Origin: Halobacteriales archaeon QH_7_65_31
Lineage (GTDB): Archaea; Halobacteriota; Halobacteria; Halobacteriales; Haloarculaceae
Assembly: GCA_003021785.1 (NCBI GenBank)
Contig: PXQU01000005.1
Coordinates: forward strand, 10,850 to 74,849
Direction of reading: 5' to 3'
DNA length: 64,000 nucleotides
The notes beneath the pieces were generated by a model that saw only the letters and a list, made by a program, of their open reading frames with translations, ran no database searches and was not told the origin of the DNA. The position numbers and the translations under genes were made by a program. Positions 9,360-19,131 of the stretch are shown piece by piece; position 1 is the stretch's first letter; each line of letters starts with the position of its first letter.

Positions 9360-10556
9360 ATGTACGTCGACTGCGGAACGCTGTACACGGGCGCGTCGGT
9401 CGTCGACGACGGGCGATTTACCGTCTCCGATGGACGCGTCGAGACGGTCGGAACACAGGAATCGGTCGCGGGCGAGGGGGAACGACTCGATCTCTCGACC
9501 GAGATCGTCGCTCCGGGGTTCATCGACGCCCACCTCCACCTGAAGGGCGCTCGGTCGATGGACCCGATGGCGTGGGTCACGGGGACAGTGAGCGAGGACG
9601 CCGCTCGCGCGGTCGCCGACGCCGACTCGCTCCTCGACGCCGGCTTCACGACCGTCCGCGACGTCGGCTCGGACGTGGCCATCGGCGTGCGAAACGCTAT
9701 CGACGGCGGCGAGATCGCGGGACCGCGCGTGTTCACCTCTGGGCGGTCGATCTCACAGACGGGCGGCCACGGCGATATGCATATGTTCCCTCGCGAGTGG
9801 GTGACGGACGGCGCGGGCATCTCCACGCTCGCCGACGGAGCCGACGAGTGTCGCCGGGTCGCCCGCGAGCGACACCGCGACGGAGCCGATCTCCTCAAGA
9901 TCATGACAACCGGCGGCGTCCTCTCCGAGAAGGACGACCCGAACGAGCCGCAGTTCACCGACGAGGAGGTGACCGCGCTCGTCGAGGAGGCCCACCGCGT
10001 CGGAATGCCGGTCGCGAGCCACGCACAGGGGAGCGAGGGGATCAAACGCGCCCTCGAAAACGGCGTCGACACCATCGAGCACGGGTTCCACGTCGACGAC
10101 GAGACCGTGGACCTCATGCTGGAGACCGACGCGACGTTCGTCCCGACGCTCGCTATCATGCACCGCATCCTCGCCGAGGGTGAGAGCCACGGCGTCCCGG
10201 AGCACGGACTCCGGAAGGCCCGTGCCGCGAGCGAGGCACACTACGAATCAGTCAAGCGGGCGAAGGCCGCCGGCGTCGAGATCGCCGCCGGGACGGACTT
10301 CATCGGCCCGGAGCTCATTCCGCACGGCGAGAACGCGCTCGAACTCGAACTGCTCGTGACGGAGGCCGACTTCACCCCGGCGGAGGCGATCGCCGCGGCC
10401 ACCACGACCGCGGGCCGCACCGTCCCCGACGACGTGGGCGGGCTGGCAACCGGCAACCACGCGGATTTCATCACGCTCGGCTCGGACCCGGCGACAGCTA
10501 TCGAGGCCGTGTACGACGTCGAGCGCGTCTACAAAGGCGGCGAGCGGGTTCGGTAG
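9360..10556 (+). CDS. Metal-dependent amidohydrolase (prolidase-like subgroup)
   Basis: PGFIDAHLH, GFTTVRDVG, KIMTTGG, HAQG, TIEHG, AGTD. Confidence 0.92.
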   Translation: MYVDCGTLYTGASVVDDGRFTVSDGRVETVGTQESVAGEGERLDLSTEIVAPGFIDAHLHLKGARSMDPMAWVTGTVSEDAARAVADADSLLDAGFTTVRDVGSDVAIGVRNAIDGGEIAGPRVFTSGRSISQTGGHGDMHMFPREWVTDGAGISTLADGADECRRVARERHRDGADLLKIMTTGGVLSEKDDPNEPQFTDEEVTALVEEAHRVGMPVASHAQGSEGIKRALENGVDTIEHGFHVDDETVDLMLETDATFVPTLAIMHRILAEGESHGVPEHGLRKARAASEAHYESVKRAKAAGVEIAAGTDFIGPELIPHGENALELELLVTEADFTPAEAIAAATTTAGRTVPDDVGGLATGNHADFITLGSDPATAIEAVYDVERVYKGGERVR

Positions 10557-10568
10557 ATCGGGGCGCGG

Positions 10569-10886
10569 TCAGCAGTCGTTCGAGACGGTCCCGACGAGAT
10601 ACGTCCGACCCTCGTAGCCGACCTTCGTCGGTCGGTCGAACACCGGCGTCTCGCTCCAGACGTACTCGGCGTCCGAGCCGAGCGCGTCGGTGAACGTCGT
10701 CTGTCGCGTCTCGCTCAGATTCGCATACGCCCGCGTCGGTGCGTCCTCGTCCCCGTCGAACTCCTCGTCCACGAACGTGCCGTACTGTCCACACCGCTGT
10801 CGATCGGAGGCGACCAGCCCGACGCCGACGGCAGCGACGAGCAGTATCGCGACGCCTGCGAGCTGGCGTCTGTTCGGCATACTCAT
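10569..10886 (-). CDS. Small exported or membrane-anchored hypothetical protein
   Basis: N-terminal RR plus hydrophobic helix, acidic body. Confidence 0.65.
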   Translation of the reverse strand: MSMPNRRQLAGVAILLVAAVGVGLVASDRQRCGQYGTFVDEEFDGDEDAPTRAYANLSETRQTTFTDALGSDAEYVWSETPVFDRPTKVGYEGRTYLVGTVSNDC

Positions 10887-10968
10887 TCAGTTCCGCGGAC
10901 TGACAAGTGTCTTCTGCTCCCCGTTGTCGAAGCGTTTAATCGCGAACCGCCAGTCGTTGTACGCGAAC

Positions 10969-11880
10969 ATGACCAAGGTCAGTATCATCGGTGCTGCCGG
11001 CACGGTCGGCGCCGCCGCCGGCTACAACATCGCACTGCGTGACATCGCCGACGAGCTCGTCTTCGTCGACATCCCCGACATGGAGGAGAAGACGGTCGGG
11101 CAGGCGGCCGACACCAACCACGGGATCGCGTACGACTCCAACACCGTAGTCCGGCAGGGTGGGTACGCGGCGACCGAAGGCTCGGACGTGGTCGTCATCA
11201 CGGCCGGCATCCCGCGCAAAGAGGGGCAGACCCGCATCGATCTCGCGGGCGACAACGCCCCGATCATGGAGGACATCGGCGCGTCGATCGCCGAGTACAA
11301 CGACGAGTTCGTCTCCATCACGACCTCGAACCCGGTCGATCTGCTCAACCGCCACCTGTACGAGGCGGGCGAGCGCGATCGCCATCAGGTCATCGGCTTC
11401 GGAGGGCGGCTCGACTCCGCCCGCTTCCGCTACGTGCTGGCCGACCGCTTCGACGTTCCCGTCCGGAACGTCGAGGCCACGATCTTGGGCGAGCACGGCG
11501 ACGCGCAGGTCCCGGCGTTCTCGAAGGTGCGCGTGGACGGTCGTCACCCCGACTTCGAGGGCGAAAAAGAGGAGATTCTCGCGGACCTACAGGAGTCGGC
11601 GATGGACGTGATCTCCCGGAAGGGCGCGACCCAGTGGGGACCGGCGACGGGTGTCGCCCACATGGTCGAGGCCGTCGTGAACGACACCGGCGCGGTGTTA
11701 CCGGGATCGCTCGTGCTCGACGGCGAGTACGGCTACGAGGACACCGCCTTCGGCGTCCCGGTCAAGCTCGGTGCGAACGGCATCGAAGAAGTCGTCGAGT
11801 GGGAGCTCGACGAGTACGAACGCGAGCTGATGGACGAGACGGCCGCGAAGCTCTCCGAGCAGTACGAGCAGATCGCCTAA
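10969..11880 (+). CDS. mdh: Malate dehydrogenase (LDH-like, halophilic)
   Basis: [37 protein letters not shown]. Confidence 0.97.
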   Translation: MTKVSIIGAAGTVGAAAGYNIALRDIADELVFVDIPDMEEKTVGQAADTNHGIAYDSNTVVRQGGYAATEGSDVVVITAGIPRKEGQTRIDLAGDNAPIMEDIGASIAEYNDEFVSITTSNPVDLLNRHLYEAGERDRHQVIGFGGRLDSARFRYVLADRFDVPVRNVEATILGEHGDAQVPAFSKVRVDGRHPDFEGEKEEILADLQESAMDVISRKGATQWGPATGVAHMVEAVVNDTGAVLPGSLVLDGEYGYEDTAFGVPVKLGANGIEEVVEWELDEYERELMDETAAKLSEQYEQIA

Positions 11881-11917
11881 CGCTGTCCACGGCGGCTACC
11901 GTCCGAGCGAGTGCGGC

Positions 11918-12007
11918 TCACTCGTCGCGGTCGTCCTCGTCGACGCTCGCACCGACGAAGCCGGCCCACTCCTCGACGCGTCGATCGCGCTCTTCTGACT
12001 GAGGCAT
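11918..12007 (-). CDS. Candidate small acidic protein, 29 aa, leaderless
   Basis: MPQSEERDRRVEEWAGFVGASVDEDDRDE; TTATATA box 23-29 nt upstream of the ATG (12030-12036). Confidence 0.5.
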   Translation of the reverse strand: MPQSEERDRRVEEWAGFVGASVDEDDRDE

Positions 12008-12048
12008 ACCCACACATCTCACAGCATCGTATATAATGGTTGTGGGGG

Positions 12049-12300
12049 TTACACGACCCGCTCGTCGCCGTCGTAGACTCTGATGGCGTCCACCGGACAG
12101 GAGCGAGCAGCGAACTTCGCGTCTAATTCGGCGTCACTCGGCAGCTCTCGGACCCGAACGTCGCTCCCCCAGTCGCGGTCGCTCGCCGCTCCGTCCGTCA
12201 ACACGGCCTTGCCGGCGTCGTTGTCCTCGGCGAGCCCGTCCCACTCGACGGTGCACTGGAACATCCCGATACAGGTGTCGCGGTCGTACTCGATTCGCAT
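12049..12300 (-). CDS. Monocluster ferredoxin, [3Fe-4S]-type motif
   Basis: CIGMFQC..SCPVDAI. Confidence 0.88.
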   Translation of the reverse strand: MRIEYDRDTCIGMFQCTVEWDGLAEDNDAGKAVLTDGAASDRDWGSDVRVRELPSDAELDAKFAARSCPVDAIRVYDGDERVV

Positions 12301-12384
12301 ACCGTCACTGCACGCGTGAGCACAAAGAGCGTAGCGACGACGCAGTGGACTGAATTTAAAACCGAAGCCGCGCTAACGGACGTA

Positions 12385-14673
12385 ATGGAAGCTTCTGACG
12401 TGCCTGCGGTCCCCGACTGGCTCCCGGGCCATCTCGAATCCGACGGCGTGGAGTCGCTGTACCCGCCACAGGCGGAGGCGGTCGATGCCGGGGTCACGGA
12501 GGGTTCGTCGCTGGTCGCCTCGATTCCGACCGCCTCGGGAAAGACGCTTATCGCGACCCTCGCCATGCTGTCGGCCGTCGAGCGCGGCGGGAAGGCGCTC
12601 TACATCGTCCCGCTGCGTGCCCTCGCCTCGGAGAAGAGAGCCGAGTTCGAGCAGTTCGAGCAGTACGGCGTCAATATCGGCGTCTCGACGGGGAACTACG
12701 ACTCCGACGGCGAGTGGCTCGCCGAGAAGGATATCATCGTCGCCACCTCCGAGAAGGTGGACTCGCTCGTCCGCAACGGGGCGGGGTGGCTCTCACAGCT
12801 CGACTGCGTCGTCGCCGACGAGGTACATCTCGTCGACGACGCGACCCGCGGCCCGACGCTGGAGGTGACGCTCGCGAAGCTCCGTTCGCGCAACCCCGGA
12901 CTCCAGATCGTCGCGCTCTCGGCGACGATCGGCAACGCCGACGAGCTGGCCGGCTGGCTCGACGCCGAGCTTGTGGACTCCTCGTGGCGACCGATCGATC
13001 TCCGGAAGGGAGTCCACTTCGGACAGGCGCTCCACTTCGACGACGGCAGTCAGGAACAGCTCAGCGTGCAGGGGAGCGAGAAGCCGACCGCCGCGGTCGT
13101 CCGCGACACGCTCCGTGACACCGTCGAGGACGGCGACACGATCGAGGAGGGCGGCTCGACGCTCGTCTTCGTCAACTCCCGGCGGAACGCCGAGGCCGCC
13201 GCCGGGCGACTCGCGACCGTCGTCGGGACCGAGCTGGACGGCGACGAGCTGGCCGCGCTCGCGACGGTCGCCGACGAGATTCGCGACGTGAGCGACACCG
13301 AGACGAGCGACGATCTCGCCGATGCGGTCGAGCAGGGCGCGGCGTTCCACCACGCCGGGCTGTCCCCCGGCCACCGCGAACTCGTGGAGGAGGCGTTCCG
13401 CGACCGGCTCGTCAAATGCGTCTGTGCGACGCCGACGCTCGCCGCGGGCGTCAACACGCCGTCCCGGCGCGTCGTCGTGCGGGACTGGCGGCGCTACTCC
13501 GGTGACGCCGGTGGGATGCAGCCGCTGTCCGTGCTCGAAGTCCACCAGATGATGGGGCGGGCGGGCCGTCCGGGCATGGACCCGTACGGCGAGGCGCTGC
13601 TGCTCGCGAGCAGCCACGACGAGCTCGACGAGCTGTTCGAGCGGTACGTCTGGGCCGACCCCGACCCCGTCCGGTCGAAGCTGGCTGCGGAGCCGGCGAT
13701 GCGGTCCCATCTGCTCGCGACGATTGCGTCCGGATTCGCCGATTCGCGGGAGACGCTGTTATCGTTTCTCGACGGGACGCTCTATGCCGCACAGACCGGC
13801 GAGGAGGAGCGGCTCGAACGCGTGATGGACGAGATGCTCGCGTATCTCGAACGGAACGGGTTCATCGAACGGACCGATAGGGGTGACACCGAGCGGCTGA
13901 CGGCGACGAACCTCGGTCACACCGTCTCTCGGCTCTATCTCGATCCGATGAGCGCCGCCACCATCATCGACGGGATCGCCGACGCCGACGACCCGACCGC
14001 GCTCGGTCTCTACCAGCTCGTCTCGCGCACGCCGGACATGTACCAGCTGTATCTCCGCTCCGGGGAGCGCGAACAGTACACGCAGCTCGCGTACGATCAC
14101 GAGTCGGAGCTGCTGGGCGCACAGCCGTCGGAGTTCGAGGAGTCCCGCTTCGAGGACTGGCTCTCGGCGCTGAAGACGGCCAAGCTGTTGGACGACTGGG
14201 CGGGCGAGACCGACGAGGACCGCATCACCGAACGCTACGGCGTCGGTCCCGGGGACATCCGCGGGAAGGTGGACACCGCGGAGTGGCTGCTCGGGGCGGC
14301 CGAATCACTCGCCGGCGAGCGCGGGTTCGGTAACGTACAGGCGATCCGCGAGGCGAAAAAGCGCGTCCAGTACGGCGTCCGCGAGGAGCTCATCGACCTC
14401 GCAGGCGTGCGAAACGTCGGACGCAAGCGCGCCCGACGACTCTACGAGACGGGTATCGAGAGCCGCGACCAGCTCCGGAACGCGGACAAGTCAGTCGTGC
14501 TCGCCGCGCTCCGCGGGCGTGAACGCACCGCCGAGACGGTGCTCGAACACGCCGGCCACCCCGACCCCGAGATGGACGGCGTGACGCCCGATCCCGACGC
14601 CGAGCCGGTCGTGGTGAGCGGCGAGACCGAGGAGTCAGGCACAGAGGACCAGTCGAGTCTCGGTGACTTCTGA
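12385..14673 (+). CDS. hel308: Ski2-like DNA helicase Hel308/Hjm
   Basis: [40 protein letters not shown]-terminal HhH with RAR; TTTAAA box upstream. Confidence 0.95.
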   Translation: MEASDVPAVPDWLPGHLESDGVESLYPPQAEAVDAGVTEGSSLVASIPTASGKTLIATLAMLSAVERGGKALYIVPLRALASEKRAEFEQFEQYGVNIGVSTGNYDSDGEWLAEKDIIVATSEKVDSLVRNGAGWLSQLDCVVADEVHLVDDATRGPTLEVTLAKLRSRNPGLQIVALSATIGNADELAGWLDAELVDSSWRPIDLRKGVHFGQALHFDDGSQEQLSVQGSEKPTAAVVRDTLRDTVEDGDTIEEGGSTLVFVNSRRNAEAAAGRLATVVGTELDGDELAALATVADEIRDVSDTETSDDLADAVEQGAAFHHAGLSPGHRELVEEAFRDRLVKCVCATPTLAAGVNTPSRRVVVRDWRRYSGDAGGMQPLSVLEVHQMMGRAGRPGMDPYGEALLLASSHDELDELFERYVWADPDPVRSKLAAEPAMRSHLLATIASGFADSRETLLSFLDGTLYAAQTGEEERLERVMDEMLAYLERNGFIERTDRGDTERLTATNLGHTVSRLYLDPMSAATIIDGIADADDPTALGLYQLVSRTPDMYQLYLRSGEREQYTQLAYDHESELLGAQPSEFEESRFEDWLSALKTAKLLDDWAGETDEDRITERYGVGPGDIRGKVDTAEWLLGAAESLAGERGFGNVQAIREAKKRVQYGVREELIDLAGVRNVGRKRARRLYETGIESRDQLRNADKSVVLAALRGRERTAETVLEHAGHPDPEMDGVTPDPDAEPVVVSGETEESGTEDQSSLGDF

Positions 14674-15185
14674 TGGAGCTGGCGGAGGGTATCCTCACGA
14701 TCGGCGGTGATCGGTTTCCGGACACGGACGCGTTCGTCGCTCGCCTCACCGAGCTGGGCGATCAGTACGGCGTGACGATACAAGCGTTCGACGCCCGCTA
14801 CGTCGTCGGTCGCCGCCATCTCGAACGCGCGGTGACGCTGGCGGATCGCGAGCGAGCGCGCGACAACGCCATCGCCCGCGACCGGAGCGTCGAGATCCTC
14901 CTCTACGCGGCCGGTCGTCGACAGATTCGCCGCGCGCTCGAACTCGGGGTGAGCGAGGGCGAGACGCCGACTGTCGTCCTCGTCACGGCCGACGGAGCCG
15001 GCGACGAATCGGGCGCTCGTGCGGCTGTCACGGAGCTACTCGCCGAACGGCCGACGCTCGGCGACTCCGACGAGGCACGCGTTCGGTCGTTCTTCGGTGT
15101 CAGCGACCGGGAGCTGGCGGCCACCGACGCGTCGCTGGCGGATCTCGTCGTCGAGCGGGTCGCGCTGCTCGTCGTCGAGCGGTAG
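14673..15185 (+). CDS. cgi121: KEOPS complex subunit Cgi121
   Basis: IQAFDARYV, EILLYAAGRRQIRRALELG, ERVALL; coupled to hel308. Confidence 0.92.
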   Translation: MELAEGILTIGGDRFPDTDAFVARLTELGDQYGVTIQAFDARYVVGRRHLERAVTLADRERARDNAIARDRSVEILLYAAGRRQIRRALELGVSEGETPTVVLVTADGAGDESGARAAVTELLAERPTLGDSDEARVRSFFGVSDRELAATDASLADLVVERVALLVVER

Positions 15186-15235
15186 CCCCGGTCGTTTAAT
15201 CGTCTAGGCGGCGAACGTTCGCCCGGTGAGTGTGA

Positions 15236-15547
15236 ATGGGTGAGTCGTCGGACGGACCAGAGGAGCGCCAGCACGAGCGCGCCGAACACGTCGAGGCGAT
15301 TCTCGACGCGGCGGAGACGGACGCCCAGACGTATCCGGCGAGCAGCGACGAGCTTGCCGCGGAGTACCGCGCGGCGGCGATCGATCTCGGCAACGAGACC
15401 GAGACGCTCGGGGACGCGTTCGACCGACTGGCCGACGAGTACAGCGAGTTTGCCTCGCCGGCCGAGGCGCGTGAGGCGCTCACAACGGAGGTCACGCGCG
15501 AAGAACGGTTCGACGAGACGTTCACCGACGACCCGACTCAGCAGTAG
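15236..15547 (+). CDS. Small acidic hypothetical protein (DUF5789-like YPA motif)
   Basis: TYPASSDEL..LGNETETLGD resembles the 3512-3799 protein; TTTAAT upstream. Confidence 0.75.
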   Translation: MGESSDGPEERQHERAEHVEAILDAAETDAQTYPASSDELAAEYRAAAIDLGNETETLGDAFDRLADEYSEFASPAEAREALTTEVTREERFDETFTDDPTQQ

Positions 15548-15696
15548 TCGGCGAGCAGAGGAGCTTTCTCCGCCGGCATCGAGAGCCACGCGCCGTCCCG
15601 AGAAATGTCGGAAATGAGGTACGTGTCGTCGTCGACAGCAGCCATCACTTCCTCATCTGCGTCTGCACTCCCGGCAACCGCTGAGTCCGGAACCAT
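15538..15696 (-). CDS. Small conserved haloarchaeal protein, 52 aa (DUF7556-like), not in the ORF track
   Basis: MVPDSAVAGSADADEEVMAAVDDDTYLISDISRDGAWLSMPAEKAPLLADYC; TTTATATA box about 23-31 nt upstream. Confidence 0.8.
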   Translation of the reverse strand: MVPDSAVAGSADADEEVMAAVDDDTYLISDISRDGAWLSMPAEKAPLLADYC

Positions 15697-16002
15697 GTGT
15701 GTGAATAGTTACCACGAGATATATAAACTTGGCGAAACGCGGGGCATCGATCGCTCTCGCTGTTCTGTCTACTTCGGCGGCCCTTCGGAGCAAACAGACA
15801 GATCTGACGGCCACTCCTCGAATATCTAAACGAACGGCGGGCGATCTCCGCTTTGACGTGACAAAACGTCTATTCCGGGGCGCGTATCTCTACACCGTCC
15901 CGAGGGAGCCTGAAACCGTCTGTACCAGCAGCTAAACGCTGTCTGACGTACCCGCTGTATTGCAGTAACTTTAACACCATTCAATAGGTACAACTGTGTG
16001 AG

Positions 16003-17850
16003 ATGGCTCAAGACAGCGAATACAAGCGCCGTCGGTTCCTTCAGGCGACCGGCGCTGCTGCCCTGACTGCGAGCGTTGCCGGCTGTTCAAACGACGACGG
16101 AGCGTCCACGTCGACCGACAGCGGCGGTGAAGACGAAACCGACACGCCCGAAGCGTTCGGTGGTCTCGACGCGTACCCGTACTCCGCCAACGAGACGGAC
16201 GTGGCCAGCGCGAAGCAGGTCATGGAGGAGGCCGGCTACGGTCCGGACAACAAGTTCGAGCTGGACTGGCTCCAGTACACGAGCGACGCGTGGGAGGAGA
16301 TGGCGAACACCATCCGCGCGCGTCTGGAGTCCGCCCACATCGAGATGAACATCAGCAAGGGCGACTTCGGAACCCTGCTCAACCGGACGGAGAAGGGTGA
16401 CATGGAGGCGTTCACGTTTGGCTGGGTCGCGGACTACCCGGCTCCACAGAACTTCCTCCAGCTCATCGATCCCGAGAACACGGTGTACGACGCCGAGGGA
16501 ACGACCCCGAACGGTGCTCGGCTGTTCTGGTCGTCGGACGCCGAGGTAGATCCGGGCCTCACGCAGTACATGACCGACCAGTTCGACGTCATCGGAGACA
16601 ACCCCGGCAACACCGACGCCGAGACGGAGGCGCGTGCCGATGCCACGCTCAATATGGAGGAGGCGCTGTGGGAATCGGCCGCTCTCCTGCCGGTGTATCA
16701 CAACGTCGCCGAGACGTTCTGGTACGACCGCGTCGACTACAACCCGCCGGGCGGCATGGGTGGCTCCCGCGCGAAGGCGAGCACGTCGGTCAACGAGCTC
16801 GAGGGCGAGGAGACGCTCCACACCATCTCGGGGACGTTCAACTCCCTCGATCCCGTCGCCTCGGGCAACACCGCAAGCGGCGGCAAGATCATGGACATGT
16901 TCGACGCGCCGCTGAACTACGCCAACGGGACGACCGAGGTCGAAAACCTCCTCGTCGAGGAGTACGAGGTCAACGACGATCTCACCGAGTACACGTTCAC
17001 GCTCAAGGAGGGTATCCAGTTCCAGGACGGCTACGGTGAGCTGACGGCCGACGACGTCGTCTACTCCATCCGCCGACTGGTGGAGTCGCCAAACTCCACG
17101 AATACGAACTTCCCGAAGAGCGTGCTCGACATCGAGCGAGAGACGGACGACGAGGGCAACGTCGTTCCCGGCTCGACGGGCGTCGAGGCCACCGGCGAGT
17201 ACGAGTTCACCGTCACGCTCAACAACGCGTTCGGCTACACGCTCTCCGTGCTGGCGTACAGCGCGTTCTCCGTCGTTCCGGAGGGCATCGTCGGCGATAT
17301 CGAAGGGTACGACGGCGACATGGAGTATCAGGAGTTCTCCACGTCCAACCCCGTGGGCGCTGGTCCGTTCCGCTTCGACACGTGGGAGCCCGGGAACGGT
17401 GGCGAGTTCGCCGCGACCGCGTTCGAGGACTACCACGGCGAGGTCCCGTCGTTCGATATCCAGTCGGCGATCATCTCCGACCCGAGCCCCCAGTACAACA
17501 CCTTCCTGAACCAGAACGCCGACGTGGCCGGTATCCCGACCTCGAAGTACGACCCGTCGAAGGTGGAGATCACCGATCGCGACGGCGCACAGGCAACCGG
17601 TACGTACGGGCCACTGAAGAACGGCATGAGCGTCAACATGGCCCAAACGCCGACCATCGACACCTACTACATCGGGTTCAACTTGGAGAAGGTTCCGACC
17701 CCGGTCCGCGAGGCCATGGCGTACGTCATCAACCGCGAGCAGTTCGTGGCCGACGTGTTCAAGGGCCGTGGCGCGCCCGCATACCAGCTCACGCCGCCAC
17801 AGGCGTTCCCGGGCGGCAGTGAGGCGTACCGAGACCACTGGCAGGAGTAA
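16003..17850 (+). CDS. dppA: Peptide ABC transporter substrate-binding lipoprotein (SBP family 5), apparently circularly permuted
   Basis: Tat motif KRRRFL, lipobox VAGC; family-5 motifs present but in permuted order (see findings). Confidence 0.9.
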   Translation: MAQDSEYKRRRFLQATGAAALTASVAGCSNDDGASTSTDSGGEDETDTPEAFGGLDAYPYSANETDVASAKQVMEEAGYGPDNKFELDWLQYTSDAWEEMANTIRARLESAHIEMNISKGDFGTLLNRTEKGDMEAFTFGWVADYPAPQNFLQLIDPENTVYDAEGTTPNGARLFWSSDAEVDPGLTQYMTDQFDVIGDNPGNTDAETEARADATLNMEEALWESAALLPVYHNVAETFWYDRVDYNPPGGMGGSRAKASTSVNELEGEETLHTISGTFNSLDPVASGNTASGGKIMDMFDAPLNYANGTTEVENLLVEEYEVNDDLTEYTFTLKEGIQFQDGYGELTADDVVYSIRRLVESPNSTNTNFPKSVLDIERETDDEGNVVPGSTGVEATGEYEFTVTLNNAFGYTLSVLAYSAFSVVPEGIVGDIEGYDGDMEYQEFSTSNPVGAGPFRFDTWEPGNGGEFAATAFEDYHGEVPSFDIQSAIISDPSPQYNTFLNQNADVAGIPTSKYDPSKVEITDRDGAQATGTYGPLKNGMSVNMAQTPTIDTYYIGFNLEKVPTPVREAMAYVINREQFVADVFKGRGAPAYQLTPPQAFPGGSEAYRDHWQE

Positions 17851-17961
17851 CCGACTCCTCCCGTTTCGTCTCTCGTCTGTACCGACATACTCAACACGCC
17901 GCGTTTCTGAAGATACCGCAAGCGTTGCCATCAACCGCACCATGAGACACGCTCTATCAGT

Positions 17962-18051
17962 ATGACCAGCGACGAACCGCTCCGGGACCGCCGAGTCGTC
18001 ACCGACGCGCTCACAGTCGTTCTCTCACCAGACGGAGGTGTCGGCGCATGA
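17962..18051 (+). CDS. Possible 29-aa leader ORF translationally coupled to dppB
   Basis: MTSDEPLRDRRVVTDALTVVLSPDGGVGA; its TGA overlaps the dppB ATG (ATGA) and it contains the SD GGAGGTG. Confidence 0.3.
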   Translation: MTSDEPLRDRRVVTDALTVVLSPDGGVGA

Positions 18052-19130
18052 ACCGACTGGTGTATCTCGTCAAACGACTCCTGTTGGGGCTCCCCGTCGT
18101 GCTGTTCGGCGTCACGATGACGTTTCTCATCCTGTATCTCGGACCGCTCGACCCGGTCAACACCATCCTCGGCCGGGACGCCACGCCGGAGGATGTCCGC
18201 CAGCTCCGGATCGCGCTCGGCTACATCTACCCGAACGGCGACCCGGTCCCGCTGTGGGATCAGTATCTCATGACGATGCGTGATCTGTTCACGTTCAACT
18301 TCGGTAACTCGTGGGTCATCCAGCGGAACACGTCGGTGGTGAGTCTCATCGCTGCGCGGATGCCGGCGACGCTGTGGCTCGGCTGGTGGTCGGTCGTCAT
18401 CGCGCTCGTGATCGGGATTCCGGCCGGACTGTTCGCCGGGCTGCGCTCGAACACGATGAGCGACTACCTCACCTCGGGCGGCGGTATCCTCTGGCGTGCG
18501 ATGCCGAACTTCTGGCTCGCCGTGATGATCGCCGGCAGCCTCACCGCCGGCGGCGCGTTCTCGTGGTATCGCGACTTCGGCCCGAGCACGGACGTCATCG
18601 GGACGTCGGATGCGCTCGGAGCGATGCTCGGTCCGTCGCCGTTCGCCGGCATCCCCGTACTCGGGGTGATCCCCGATCCCAACCTCGGCAACATCCTCAC
18701 CGCGTTCAAGTGGATCCTTCCGGCCGCGCTCGTGCTCGGCTCGGCGTCGATGGGGAACGAGATCCGTATCGGTCGGACGGCGGTGATGGAGAGCAAGAAC
18801 TCGAAATACGTCGAGACGGCGAAGGCGAAGGGACTGGCCTCGCGCCGGATCATCCTCAAGCACGTCGGTCGAAACGCGCTCATCCCGCTGTTGCCCGTCA
18901 TCATGGGTGAGTTCTATCTGCTCATCGGCGGCGCGCTGCTCGTCGAGCTGGTGTTCGCCATCAACGGGCTGGGGAGTATGTTCCTCCGGGCGACGATCGG
19001 TGCGGACGTGCCGATGGTGATGGCGCTGGCGTTCATCTTCGTCATCATCACGGTCGCGTTCAACATCGTTCAGGACCTGCTGTACACCGTCGTCGATCCG
19101 CGCATCTCACTGGAGGCAACGGAGAGATAA
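18048..19130 (+). CDS. dppB: Peptide ABC transporter permease DppB
   Basis: YVETAKAKGL..ILKHVGRNALIP, VELVFAINGLG, DLLYTVVDPRI. Confidence 0.93.
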   Translation: MNRLVYLVKRLLLGLPVVLFGVTMTFLILYLGPLDPVNTILGRDATPEDVRQLRIALGYIYPNGDPVPLWDQYLMTMRDLFTFNFGNSWVIQRNTSVVSLIAARMPATLWLGWWSVVIALVIGIPAGLFAGLRSNTMSDYLTSGGGILWRAMPNFWLAVMIAGSLTAGGAFSWYRDFGPSTDVIGTSDALGAMLGPSPFAGIPVLGVIPDPNLGNILTAFKWILPAALVLGSASMGNEIRIGRTAVMESKNSKYVETAKAKGLASRRIILKHVGRNALIPLLPVIMGEFYLLIGGALLVELVFAINGLGSMFLRATIGADVPMVMALAFIFVIITVAFNIVQDLLYTVVDPRISLEATER

Positions 19131-19131
19131 C

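Noticed and set aside
10690..10968. N-terminal extensions in the ORF track for mdh (also dppF 21430, ABC 33173, pyrC 36797, crcB 53122/53471, pspAB 46967)
   Set aside because: They overlap other genes and lack homology. Downstream starts fit the family lengths and the promoter or SD positions.
16087..17943. Long antisense ORFs (16087-17943, 39939-41834, 21703-23859, 59666-61372, 45101-46615 and others)
   Set aside because: Shadow frames opposite well-supported genes in high-GC DNA, with Arg/Val/Leu-rich non-halophilic composition and no recognisable motifs.
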